This document shows positions 51,961 to 64,000 of a stretch of 64,000 nucleotides of DNA, piece by piece. Source of the DNA: Ophelia neglecta (lineage: Eukaryota); the NCBI GenBank assembly GCA_965285935.1, contig OZ260663.1, positions 24,056,001-24,120,000 of the forward strand. The letters are read 5' to 3'. Made by a program: the position numbers and the translations under genes. The notes under the pieces are model-generated. The model saw only the letters and a program-made list of their open reading frames with translations, made no database searches and had not been told where the DNA came from. Numbering within the stretch: position 1 is the first letter of the stretch; the number at the start of each line of letters is the position of its first letter.

Positions 51961-53885
51961 GGTTGCAGGGAACTAAATAAATCTCCTATCTCTTACATGT
52001 TAAATCGAGGCTTTTCGTCGTCATTTTTCGTATTTTCACAACAATAATCTGCATATAGCGACTAGTTCTGCCTAGAGGCCTATGTATTAGGGGAAAAATA
52101 TCAAAAATTCAGCATAGCAAATGTACAAAAAATTTTTGCTAGAGGCTCGAGAAGAAAAAGTGGCCATTTTACTTGTTTTTGTCACATTTGGCTGCCATAC
52201 CGCACAAATGAACCCAAAAATATCCACATGGGTCTTTCTGAATCCCACAATTCCAAAACAATACCATCCCCGGTCAAAAATTATTTACTATTCATAAGCA
52301 TACTATCTAAATTTTACTATTAACACATAAACCAGGCAACCCGGGTATGTTTTCTGCCTTTTTTGGCCAATCACAGGCCAGCTTGGCCAACTTTATTATT
52401 GCCCTGAGAGCTCTGGAACACCTACCAGGGGGCAGCACTGCATGGAAAAACTGCTATTTAGTTCACTGCAACCTATAAGGGGAAATTTTTTTTCCGGGCT
52501 TTCTAAAAAATTGCGTTAAATGGTAGCTAATGATCATTGCAAATCTATTTCCAATGTTTTTTGGGCAAAAAAATGGGTTTTTCTGCCTCGCCTGGCCATT
52601 TGAAAATGACATGTCTACTCGGTACGGGCCCAAATAAACCCCCTGATGACGCCTCATAGGAAAATGTAAAAATGTTGAATATCTATCGTCATTATTATGA
52701 ACCTAAAGTTGTATGTCCACTTCTCATACACAACTGCTCATGCAAATGGACCCCCCTCGTACCCGATACACGAGTATATACATCATGCTACTGCCATCAC
52801 GACGGTTGCCATGGAAACCAAATTTCAGCCTAGACTGGTTACTGGTTGTTACTTTTGTCATGGGCAGGCGTGAATTAGCCCAGTGAATACCCAAATGTAT
52901 AAGAAAGTAGTCAGAGGTCAAAGTTGATATCATCCCTGAATAGTTGCAACAGTCATTGTGCACTAGCTACATAGTTGCCATGGTTACAAAGGACAGTAAC
53001 AGCCCATAGAGCGGCGTGTTGAATAATAATAAAATGTTCTTACTTGGTGGGCAAGGCTAATTGGCATGCATCTACACCTCCAAACAAAGTGAATTACCAC
53101 ATACGATTTGCCTCAAATTCGGAGGACAGTTCCTGAAAATATGGCCAGCTCTACCCATCACCACCGACCCCTCACCCCCTCCCCCTTCCCATCACTGCCG
53201 GCCATACTTTTCGTCCACTATACATCAATTTAAGTGGCCTTTGGCCCTTGTTATCCCCTAGAGTCTTATTATAAGTATACAGAAGCACATTTTCACCAAA
53301 AATAACTAAGTAGCAGGGATAAATTACACAAATTTAGGTGAAATTGTCCGATTTTAGCTAATTCTGCCTATAGGTTGCAGGGAACTAAATAAATCTCCTA
53401 TCTCTTACATGTTAAATCGAGGCTTTTCGTCGTCATTTTTCGTATTTTCACAACAATAATCTGCATATAGCGACTAGTTCTGCCTAGAGGCCTATGTATT
53501 AGGGGAAAAATATCAAAAATTCAGCATAGCAAATGTACAAAAATTTTTTGCTAGAGGCTCGAGAAGAAAAAGTGGCCATTTTACTTGTTTTTGTCACATT
53601 TGGCTGCCATACCGCACAAATGAACCCAAAAATATCCACATGGGTCTTTCTGAATCCCACAATTCCAAAACAATACCATCCCCGGTCAAAAATTATTTAC
53701 TATTCATAAGCATACTATCTAAATTTTACTATTAACACATAAACCAGGCAACCCGGGTATGTTTTCTGCCTTTTTTGGCCAATCACAGGCCAGCTTGGCC
53801 AACTTTATTATTGCCCTGAGAGCTCTGGAACACCTACCAGGGGGCAGCACTGCATGGAAAAACTGCTATTTAGTTCACTGCAACC
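51961..53885. mobile_element. Non-autonomous DNA transposon with 513-bp long terminal direct repeats (KolobokP-like)
   Basis: Direct repeats at 51961-52473 and 53373-53885 are nearly identical (one difference noticed). Each begins GGTTGCAGGGAACTAAATA and ends TATTTAGTTCACTGCAACC (19-bp inverted repeat, 1 mismatch). TGGA is duplicated at 51957-51960 and 53886-53889. Both inner junctions are TATA, and the 899-bp interior has no transposase ORF. Removing the element restores the FoxF-homologous frame (HSRDW). Confidence 0.9.
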
Positions 53886-56800
53886 TGGAGTGGCTCAGGT
53901 AAACACATGGTCCCTCATACATAGGGTTTGAAGTGTGTTGATTTGGAATATATCGGTCGTGATGTCCAAGGATTTGGTTTGCCATGTACTGAGACTGGCT
54001 CGGTGGTTTAGGATATTGTCCGGGGACAGTTCCGGCGCTGCGGGCTGTCGCTCCGCTAGTCATGGGCGACAAAGGGACGCCTGAACCCCAAAAGGACAAG
54101 AGTGGCGCCTTCTGACGACCTTGTGACAAATCATAATAACCTCTAAACATGGCTGATGAGGAAGCCATACTACTGGCCACACCGTAATGTCATAGAGACC
54201 GCCACTGTCGGCGGGACCCTCGGGGCCGGCGTCGTAAAGATCCCTCCTTAAACATTACCTCAGCGGAGGGATCGCTCGTCCAGTAATGTCCCTTTCCAGG
54301 GCGTTAAGAGTAGATCGTTTGATGGGTGAAGCCTGTATCGCCATGACTATAGCAGGAAGCCTGTATCGTCATGACTATCACACGGGGAAGTGTCTCCAAC
54401 GCTCGAGTCGCGGTCGCCGTCCAATATTCCTTTAGTACCGGCTGTCTGTTCTTCTCACACATAATTGAGACCATCTTCCACAGATTTTTCCGATTTGACC
54501 TGTGGCGTTGGGCTATAATTCTGATTTCCGCCCGTGAATAGGTTAGCAGTAAGTGCTGAGGGGATTTCGCCGTTCATCAAACACGATTGCGCTGTCTAGT
54601 ATTTATACTTTTTATGTGCGCAAAAGTGTATACTTCCAAATAAAGTAAGCAGCGTGCCAAAAGGCCATAAAAATTTTACTAGTTGGGATTAAACAGCTAG
54701 CCTATTGTCAAAAAACGATGCTTCAGTCAGGTGAGCACGAGCGTATAGAGGCGGATAGTTCCAATCAGCACGAGAAGGCGGAGCTAGCAAGTAGCTTATG
54801 GCCAATGAAATGTGTTTACGAGCGGTCAGAATTGTAACTTAGGTGTTCTACACGCACCGGGTGATCCTTCGATCTGTCTACGATATATAGGCAGGTCCCG
54901 AGGTAACATTAATATGTACATATATGCTGCTACATTCATGGCTTCACAGCAGAGCATAAAAAAGAACCAAAAGTCTAAGACCTATTCTATTCAAATACAT
55001 CATGATACGAACGTTTGTATTGAAAATAACAATAGCATAGAGGAAAGTGTTAGGCCCGGTAAGGAATCACGACTTACCAGATTCAATGTGCCCCTTGCTG
55101 TGTCATCCAAATTTGCTCAGCAGGAGTTATTTTAATAATATAAAACCTCTCATGACAAACTAAAGTATAGAAAAATATTTCACCCTAATTTTGCGTCATC
55201 AAATTAATGCAGATTGTTTTGTTCTTGTAGAGCATTTTCAGTTGCAATCAACAATAATGTTTAAGGCTTAAAAGAGTTCCTCTCCCGGTGGTCCCGGTAG
55301 CATCATCCCCGGAGGTGCCTGGTTTCTAACCCCGGGGGGTGACGTGTGCCAATGTGAAAACAGCAGACGAGATCCAGCTAACAGACGGCTAAATCCCAGT
55401 GGAGGTCATGTATCAGCAATGTGGGATGCTACTGGCGCTACCCTTAGTGCCTAGGGCGGGAAGGGGGCGGGATGGAGGGGGAGGGGGGGGGGGGTAGGGG
55501 GTGCACCGACCATGGTTTACTGTATATGGACGCCTATAGCAGGGAAAAACTAGTAGTAAGGAGTTAATCTTAAAACAACTTCACAAATGGCAGAGTCTGC
55601 TTTTACCTCCTTGCCAATGTTTGTAATCTAATTGATGTCTACGTCAGTAATTCTGGTCGCTTTATACTGTTTTATCATATTATGGATTTTCATTACATTT
55701 CTCATTTCATTCATTGATTCGCCATTTATATATATATATTTTTAATCATCTTTGCCTCGTTTGGCATCTAATTTTCCCAGCATTTGTGTAAACAAGATAT
55801 ATGCTTAAGTTAAGACACGTACCTTTATCCATTCTCTTTCGCAATATGTGTTCTTATTCTGTTGGCGCATGTAATAATTGTACTATAATCATTACCGTTG
55901 TTTTTCACGTGATACTTACGCTTTGTTAAAATTTGCTATTGTAAAAATCACTTTGTAAATAAATATGTTTAAACCAAATGGCAGAGTCTAACATATATTT
56001 TAGCTTACACACTGCGGGTTTATATTATAGAAATATGAGAGTATGTATTACAACATATATATTTTATTTATCTAACAAGGGGCCCATGTCTAGGTAAAGG
56101 TTTTCCAGTGAGGACATTATGGGAAGCGTATATATCATATCATCTGTCACAATTGGGTGCATATTTACAAAATCTTTTTGGAATTGTGCGGCTATTACTA
56201 TTGCATATACTTGACGAAAAAGCGACTCTCGAAGAGTGCCCCTAGCCAGCACTAGGGTGAAGTAAGGAGTGGGACAGGAGTGGGAGGGAGGGGGCAGAAG
56301 AAAATCCGTACGAAAATTGCTTGACCGATAAGATGGATTAACGCTTTGAACAACTCCTTTAACCAGTGGGATACTTCGTTTAATGTCTGCCAATGTTACG
56401 GCGGGCATGTGTTTGTGTTGTCGTCTTCCTCTCCCTGAGGAATGTCCATAAATCTATCGGCTAGTGTAACAGCAGACACATTTTTTAAGAAAAACAAAGA
56501 GTGATGTCTGCATTAGATTACATGCCATTAGATTCAAAGCATGCGCATGCGCATTGAATGCTCGACTAGAAGCTCGAGTGGCAAAATAAACTAGAGCTCG
56601 CATGTCTGTACAGGTCCAATGTTTCCCTTCCACTCCCACACTAACCCCAAACCCCTGTCCAGGAGTCGGTAAGTACTGTTTTGATGTGACCGTTCCATAC
56701 CCATAACCATCACAAATTCCATCACCGCCAGGGCGTCTGTACATTTCCAATGCGCTCCTCCTCATCCATAACTATCTATTGCCCGGATGTCTGAAAAGTT

Positions 56801-57390
56801 CCAATGTGCCCCTTTCACCCTCAAACATATGCCAATCTCCTGTCAGGGTAACTTCTATAGGCCTACGAATACTGTTCATATGTGCCCCTCCACATCTATA
56901 CCCATCCCAGCCCTCGCCCGGCGATCAGTGACCCCGAAACTTCAACAACCGGCTAATGGCAATGGCTCACCAACACCTGAAGTTATGTAACCAGATCTGG
57001 GGGTCTTTTACTGATGTTAAGTCAGCTTAGAATTCAGGGTTAAAATAATACGCACTGCTTAGCTGAATAAACAGTATCTTTCGTCAAGAGGATTTGTATT
57101 ACAAAGCTGTAGTATGGTGCAAAGTAATCAGCATCACTGTAAGTATGAATATAGTTCTTTCTTATTCCCGGCGGGAAGCGGCGAGAAACCTACATTTTCT
57201 CTAGAAGCTGGTGTTCCTCTGTCCCCCACCGAATGCTGTGGTTCTTGTCACGGAATGCCTGAAGTGGTTCGAAAGAGAACAGGCGAGGTATTGGTCGGGA
57301 ATATCATGCGGCGTGCAGTCATGATATATTAACAATTCGGGAATCCACCTAAAGCAGCCGATCCGACAACGAGGACATAGTTATGATTAT

Positions 57391-57824
57391 TATACATCAT
57401 TGAAAAATCCCGCCCTGTGATTGGCTGAATGGTGTTGGTTAGAATCGCCTAGTTTCCCAGCCGTACGCTAGTTTCACGAACTAGTCCCGGGGACTAGTTC
57501 GTGAAACTAGCGCATGGCTAGCAGTGGCGGCCTCGTGTGGCTAATTTACGCACTTCACTACCGAAACCACCATTTTTATTGTCGTATTAGTATTTTCCAA
57601 ACAAACTACAGTCAATTGTTTCAGGTTTATAAAAAGTAAGATAATAAATAAGAATATACATTATTCAAATATATTTGCACGTTTAAAATTGGACTATGTC
57701 ACCTCGGGAGGTGACCAGTGAACTATTTCCCTCCACCTTCGGTCTCGGGAAATAGTTCACTGGTCACCTCCCTCGGGGCAAATAGTTTGGACTAGTCCCC
57801 TCGGAGAAGTTTCTTAGTTGTATA
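57391..57824. mobile_element. Palindrome-rich non-autonomous element (Crypton-like appearance)
   Basis: 47-bp palindrome at 57466-57512, 26-bp perfect stem with 15-nt loop at 57706-57772, and TATACA...TGTATA ends. Family assignment is tentative. Confidence 0.55.
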
Positions 57825-60800
57825 CTAGATACTGCAAAATATAAAGAATATTTGTTGTGTGTGTATGTGTATAAATGTATCGTTTTCGTCCATTGCCTCA
57901 TATTACTTTGGTACCGAATATACAGATATCCGCCGCTTCCTTTATTAATCAACCATCCGATTGTCTCTCTTCGCAAGAATTCACTCTTTTCACACATCTT
58001 CGAAAGCACGAAAATAAACATCTTAATCAATATCTATGGAATGATTAAGTCTTATTAATTGACCGTTTATTAATAAATTCAGTTAATTATAACAATGGCT
58101 GGGACGCCAACAAAAGATACCTGTTTTACTGGGCCCTAGACTATGGACAATTTGTTGAAATAGTCTAAATTCTATCTGATTGTACGATGAGGTAGTTATA
58201 ATGTCTAGGTCACATGAGATCTGATAGTCTCGGGCCCGGCCGTAGGTACACGCGCTCCTATCTACGGATTCCGATATCGATTAAGGCTCTATTTCCTTTA
58301 AGTAAAGCTAAAATGTAGATTTAATTGATTTGACCTTGAAGACTTATGTCAAAGTCAATCCTCCAAGCACCCTTCAAGGCATTGAATTCGCAGACCTTAC
58401 AGTTCTATACCCTCTGAATAGTAATTTAAGGTTAACATAAGTGCCATATTAAAGAAGTTAGACTGTACATTATTCAGTAATCTGTATATTCCCGTTGCCA
58501 TGGCAAAAGAGATTGCACAAATACAGTCTCTAGCTGCCCAAAAGAACAGACTAAAAAAAACCGCATCGAGGTCTCACATTTGACATTGGTGTCCGTTTTC
58601 AAGGACAAATCACTAAAATCATTGTGTTTAATTGTCAGGGTCTACCTTACCTTGGCAGTCATGTTTTCTGGTCAAATGCCTCGTGTGTAGATTTCATGAA
58701 TATCGGCCTTTTCGTTTTATTCCATAATCATTATCGTTGTGTATTTAATGCATATTTTTTCGCAACAGCATTTTTTCCAAGTCTCGAACCAGGAGTATCA
58801 TACAATACTGATTTTGAAGAGATCTTATACCCAATTTCATCTAAATAGTAGTGCAGTATTAATGTCCCTGTCTTCTCACACTGTACTTTAAACCCCCCCC
58901 CCCCCCCCCCATCCTTATATGATTTCAAATACATGCACTTTGTGTGGAGCAAAATAAAACTGTCAAACTACTCTAACTAGCTCCTGACCACTTACATATG
59001 ATCTTCAATCCAGAATTTTACACTTCTGGGGCCCTCTTCCTTGGCCCACCGTTCAGGGTCTTACACACCTGCCAATGTAGACATTTGTAGTCATAAAAGG
59101 ACTTTACCATCACTGTCAGGCAAAATCCAGGATAACTTTGTCTGTCTTGAACCGAAAATGAGCACCCATTCAATTAACAATCATGAAATGAGGCAAAGCC
59201 TATATTTTGTAATAGAAAATAGCTTTAGCAACCTCAAAATGTTGCAGAGCGTTTACCCCGAGCACTAGCCGGTCAACTTCTATGGATCCGGTCAACCTAC
59301 AGCAGTTTCATCCCTCGATTGCGACCTGATCCCATTGAAACTTACCAAAGAATAAGAGGATTCCATTAGAGAACACAGATAGCGGCCATTATCACTAACA
59401 AACAATATCACGATATCAACCGAAACCTATTGTCACAACATCATAATGCAACTAGCTATTTATTTAAACCTCATTGATAGTTTATTCATTGGTGAAAAAG
59501 TTATTCCAGAATCTCTGAATATAGATGGCGCCATCTGACGGTAATATATAATATGGTGCTTTCTTGTCCTGGACCTTGACTTAGCATTGGTGAAGAGGTC
59601 TGGGTTTCACCTGTCTATACCAACATTAAAGCCAATTTATTAATCGCAGCAGATATAGTCAAAACAGCCAGTAACGCGACCTCGCTTTACACAGAGGTTC
59701 CTATATCGACGGAGAGACGAACGGATTCATTGGAAGATACATTGAAAGATTGTATTTAATGGATTAGAATGGGCGTGAAACCGCTGCAAAATCATTACTA
59801 TAAAATAAACTATAAAACAGCAATTCATTCCCCATTGGTGACCATACTGACATTCGTATAAACTGCGTACATTTCTAACGATGCAGGCCATTTACTGCTT
59901 TGCTATCAAATTATGTTCGTCCAATATCAACATAACATCAGAAATGCATGGTTACCAAGTATACATTTCACTAGAATCATTGAGATTTCAAATCAGACGC
60001 AAATAATGAACATGATCTCCAATACTGCCAACTTTTGTATTCATATTCGAGCAAAGCTGCCATGGAAAAGCGATATTCTTATTTGGAATATTGAAATAGA
60101 ACAGCATTAGTGAAATACGTGTTTCCATATTGATGAATCTGAAAACGATTCTTAAAAGTAGTATTTTTCAATTACTTTTCGTGCATGGATACTCATTTTT
60201 GGATCATGTGCTCACCAAACAAACACACACCGAACACACCCAATACTGATTTTAGCATTATTGAAATTTTGATCTTCCCTTAACCAGCAAATCAAACGAA
60301 TAATACCGTCAGCTGACAAGGCCTAATGAGTGGTGTAATGCAAGTTGAGCAAAAAATTTGAGCCCCTTGTCATGTTTCGTGGACGTTGATCAGTAAATAT
60401 AAGTGTCTATAATATTTTTCACGCTTATTAAACTTCGTTCACAAGTCACGAAAAATAATATACGTCAATCCTTTGCCACAGTTGATGCCGCTATCACAAT
60501 TCACGGGAAATTATTTACCTTGTTCATCTATCACAAGAAATTTAAATTTCATAGGGGGCATCGCCAATATAACCCTTCAACCCTCACTTGTTACTCTTAA
60601 AATCATATTGACGATAACAATCTTACACCAACCCCACGGCATACTGTAAGAATGAAACGGATTTACTAATTTCCAACTTGAAAATGGCCCATGCACCAGC
60701 AGAGTCGTGCTACTACGCAGACGTTGGATTGATAAACTAAAAAGGCACATACCGTACTACTTTTAAAAGTCGGTATCGTGTGGGCTGCTGTCAGGGAAAT

Positions 60801-62227
60801 ATGCCTGTTACCCAAGTAATCAGGAAAAAGTTCCACTTAAATTGAAAGTTTTATCAAATAATATGATATGACAATTATTTTACCATTTGTGGCCGAATCC
60901 AGTCGCGAAAGAAAACTTCGTTGGGATATAAGACTAACATGGAATTGTTCGTCTTTATGAGATTAATCAACTGAGGAGTAGGGAATTGTATCATCTTCAT
61001 CTTCTTTTACGGTATTTGTCCTAGAAGCTAGTTACTCCCATTGCAGAGGCTAATATTACGTTTACCTGCATGGGAAGAGTAGCGGTATGGAAATACAGCT
61101 TAGAACAAATTTATTTAGTTTTACCAACCCAGATTAGAACAATTTCTTTTGAGTTCTACCAAACTGAAATTAAAATACCATTCAATAAATATTCACTTCC
61201 TATGTCCAATGACCCATATATAGTTACATATAGGACCATGCGATGGATTGGCTTATAATTGACCAATTAATGTCGACTCAACTTTCCTAACTAGCTCATA
61301 TAGATGTTTTCAGTTCCTTATAAATTAAAAAGAGGAAGCTATGTGATTAATAAACATTTTACCCTTAATTAAGTCTTTACTGTTGGGCTCGCTAAATAAT
61401 TACCGAGGATCACATTTGTGACTAATATGCTGGCATCTGTACTGCAATGGGAAGCCTAACACCATGGATTATACTAGAGTATTCCCGATACTATCGTCAT
61501 AGTGTTTTTATGCTTTCAGAAGAACAGAGTAAACATCCGAAGTCTTGCAAACAAATAATATGAACTAATATTTATACTTCACATTTGCCCTATTATCACC
61601 GACAGAGGTATCGCATCAAGTCCGAGAAGGCACAAAATAGCATTTTTTAGAAAGAAATCTGTATATGCCCTGACTAGCTTCCCTTTCCGGAGAACCATCA
61701 GTTTGGAAATGGTCTCAACCGAATGTCAAAAATGTCTTTTTTTTCATATGAAACTGGATGGCTGCTTTGATTACAGGTAGGGTTAGGCAAGAAAACAGAG
61801 ATCGTAGATATTGTTTACGATTGTGCTTTAAGTTGGCAATACCGATTATGTTGTATGTAATCAAAATATAATTCCCACTAATGATCCCACTGATATCTAT
61901 CCGATTTTTGACCAACATTAGGCCTAGGACCAACCAAATGGACGTGTAGTTTATAAGTAGCAGGAATGAAAAGTACAATTTTCTATGACGAGATGCTTCA
62001 CAAGATTTGGTAATGGGATAAGCGAGCATAAACAAGACTGCAGCTTGTTAACAATTTTTGGGACAACTTTCCCTTTCCTGCACATAAGCGAACCACTTAA
62101 CCTCTATCGAATTGAAGGTTTCTACTGGTCTTTTATTCGGCTATTTTTTTTTCCTTTTTTCAACAATAGCCGAAGTCGCGTCGGAATGCTCCAAATTTAG
62201 CCCAAGGGCCGATCAGCACAATTGGAG

Positions 62228-63079
62228 CAGTACAGGCCCGATTTTCCGAAAGGCTCGGGGGACAGTAAATTTTGTAGGATAATCAGATGTTCGTAAAATA
62301 GGGCTTCCGGATTTTTAGCGAATTGTGTACATTCAAAGCCATTAAGCCTTTATATAGATACACAGAACATGATTAGGGCGATTTTATAAGTGCGCAACTT
62401 ATCGGTAACGATAATTAGATCATTTAGACTACGCCTTTTCTATATGACAAACACCTGCCATACGTTTCAAATCATATTTAAAGCAAAGCATGCAACAATG
62501 AAACATTCACAGGCATATATACATGTGTTAACATGGTTGTAGAGTGCCATTAAAATGTGTCAAAATCGCTTGGCTCATATGTCCATACCGGCGCTGAACG
62601 ATAATATGACCGCCGCTGAAGGGCGCCACCTATGTACCATGATGGGTGTAAACATTGTTTTTCGCGAGTTTTAGTGTCACTTGGAAAAAGTTGTAAATTT
62701 GGCTCATCGATTGGATTAAGTACCCCGCCATAAGACACATCAATAGACAACAGAACAAAGGTGAAAACATCAAAGACCTATAGTCGTAGGGTATTTTATG
62801 TCACACTGTGAGCAGACTGAAATAAACATAATGTTAAGCAAACAACGTGGCCGAGGTGCGACTCGATCAGTTCTGTAATCAATATGATTTCGTTTGAAAC
62901 AGTCCATACATCACAGATCATAGCACAAATTTGAATGTTCAGTCAATTCATGTTTTTAAACTCATATTTTCTGATATAGGCCTATTCGAAAAAAAATAGA
63001 AAATTTCGGGGGACATCGATTTTGTCCGGATAATCCGATATTTCGGATATTCGGAATCCGGATATTCGGGCCTGTACTG
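62228..63079. mobile_element. 852-bp non-autonomous DNA transposon (Tc1/mariner-pogo type termini)
   Basis: TIRs CAGTACAGGCCCGATTTTCCG and CGGATATTCGGGCCTGTACTG (19/21 match), TA on the right flank, subterminal TCCGA/TCGGA repeats. Confidence 0.75.
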
Positions 63080-64000
63080 TATGCGACTTTATGTAACGAC
63101 TCATTTATTTCCTTCTTTCGCGTCCCTTTTCATCGATTTATTTTTCTATAACAGAACTGAAATGAGCGTATTTTCAGGCAAAAATGAATAGTAGTAGGCT
63201 TAGTCGGCGAGAAGAAAATATGCTAACTTCCAGCACAAAGTAGTAACGGTTTGATGCATTGTCGACCTAAGCATGTTGTAGGTAGGTATATTGCTGTAAT
63301 AAGCACTGCATTGTAACTGTTCATCAGACAGAGAACAAATTGACAGTAAGGTAGAGGACAAATGTAAGATTGGTCCAACTATCAATAAGCGAGCAGTGGG
63401 GTACCAGCCATGCACAGTTATTTTAGTGTTTCACGGACATTTTCTTTTGGCCAGAACAATGTTCCTTTAAGTACACTTTTTGGTTTAATGAAGCTAATTT
63501 TAATTACTTCAATTGCACTTTTTGCATTGAAAAGCGTGGGGAGTAGACCTGTTGGGGTTCCAGTCGATAATTATCAGTATTTCACTTACGTGTATATTTC
63601 TAATGCAAATTTCTACCACACAGCGAGTGGCTGTCATTAGCATTTTAGATTTAAACTCATATATTGGAAGAATTGCGTAGAATGTTTGAAAATATTACTT
63701 TCTGTATTTATTTGTTTATTCTTTTGTTAACTTCCCTAAGAAAAAAAGTACATGCTTATATCTTATAAGTTCTTAAGATACAAATGATGTTTATATTGTC
63801 TACTACGACTTAATCAGGTCAAAAAAGCGGTGATATTTGGAGAGAGTTTACATAATCATGTTATTCTCTTCGTGCAGTTTTCGATACGTTGCTTGTATTT
63901 CATACAGGACTTTCACAACAACATTAGTACTGGTCAGATGGTTATATAATAAACAAGATTTCGATTTGCAACGCAAGACTCTGCAATATGATAGGAACAG

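Larger units (their letters stand above)
51278..54577 (-). pseudogene. FoxF: FoxF pseudogene (unprocessed tandem duplicate) interrupted by a transposon and a minisatellite
   Basis: Minus-strand translation from ATG 54577 gives ...QVKSEK...V*EEQTAGTKGI...DSSVGD, then [24 protein letters not shown], an approx. 127-bp deletion, then [40 protein letters not shown]...AMFRGYYDLSQG...PCVYLSHS[transposon]RDWEPQY...(SDSS)n GSYPIASP. The exon-2 homolog at 51392-51278 reads VSEFNHNLPYYPVAPLNGNKIHYPLAGLPQCGNG*. All blocks are collinear with the intact gene. Confidence 0.95.

Noticed and set aside
51658-52047. Arg-rich ORF (AVRR)n
   Set aside because: Antisense reading of the 12-bp minisatellite running into the transposon end.
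51961-53885. LTR retrotransposon or assembly duplication
   Set aside because: No TG...CA ends or retroviral ORFs; the repeats have their own TIRs, an exact target duplication and at least one difference.
53875-54180. 101-aa ORF as an independent gene
   Set aside because: It is a fragment of the FoxF pseudogene, starting after an in-frame stop and ending inside the transposon.

Overview
AT-rich, gene-poor animal genomic DNA, probably from a marine invertebrate (inference). It has spliceosomal introns, MITEs and minisatellites. I see no prokaryotic features, RNA genes or CRISPR arrays. The only intact gene is a two-exon FoxF forkhead transcription factor on the minus strand (exon 1 42265-41254, exon 2 40978-40854, 378 aa). 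About 10 kb away is a co-oriented FoxF pseudogene (54577-51278) with stop codons, a deleted recognition helix, an in-frame 12-bp minisatellite and a young 1925-bp DNA transposon. That transposon has 513-bp direct terminal repeats, each bounded by inverted repeats (KolobokP-like architecture). The most striking structure is non-coding. About eleven 60-250 bp modules recur 2-5 times across the window, always on the same strand and in the order I-F-E-J-D-C-A-B-[FoxF]-M-G-H. They define about six ancient tandem units whose spacers I cannot align by eye. Only one unit has a live FoxF and one has a dead copy; the others show modules with no recognisable gene. The conserved cores carry Fox, GATA, E-box, Pbx-Hox, Meis and TCF-like motifs. 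My inference is a FoxF enhancer landscape amplified by tandem duplication, with regulatory modules outliving the duplicated genes. All alignments were made by eye.
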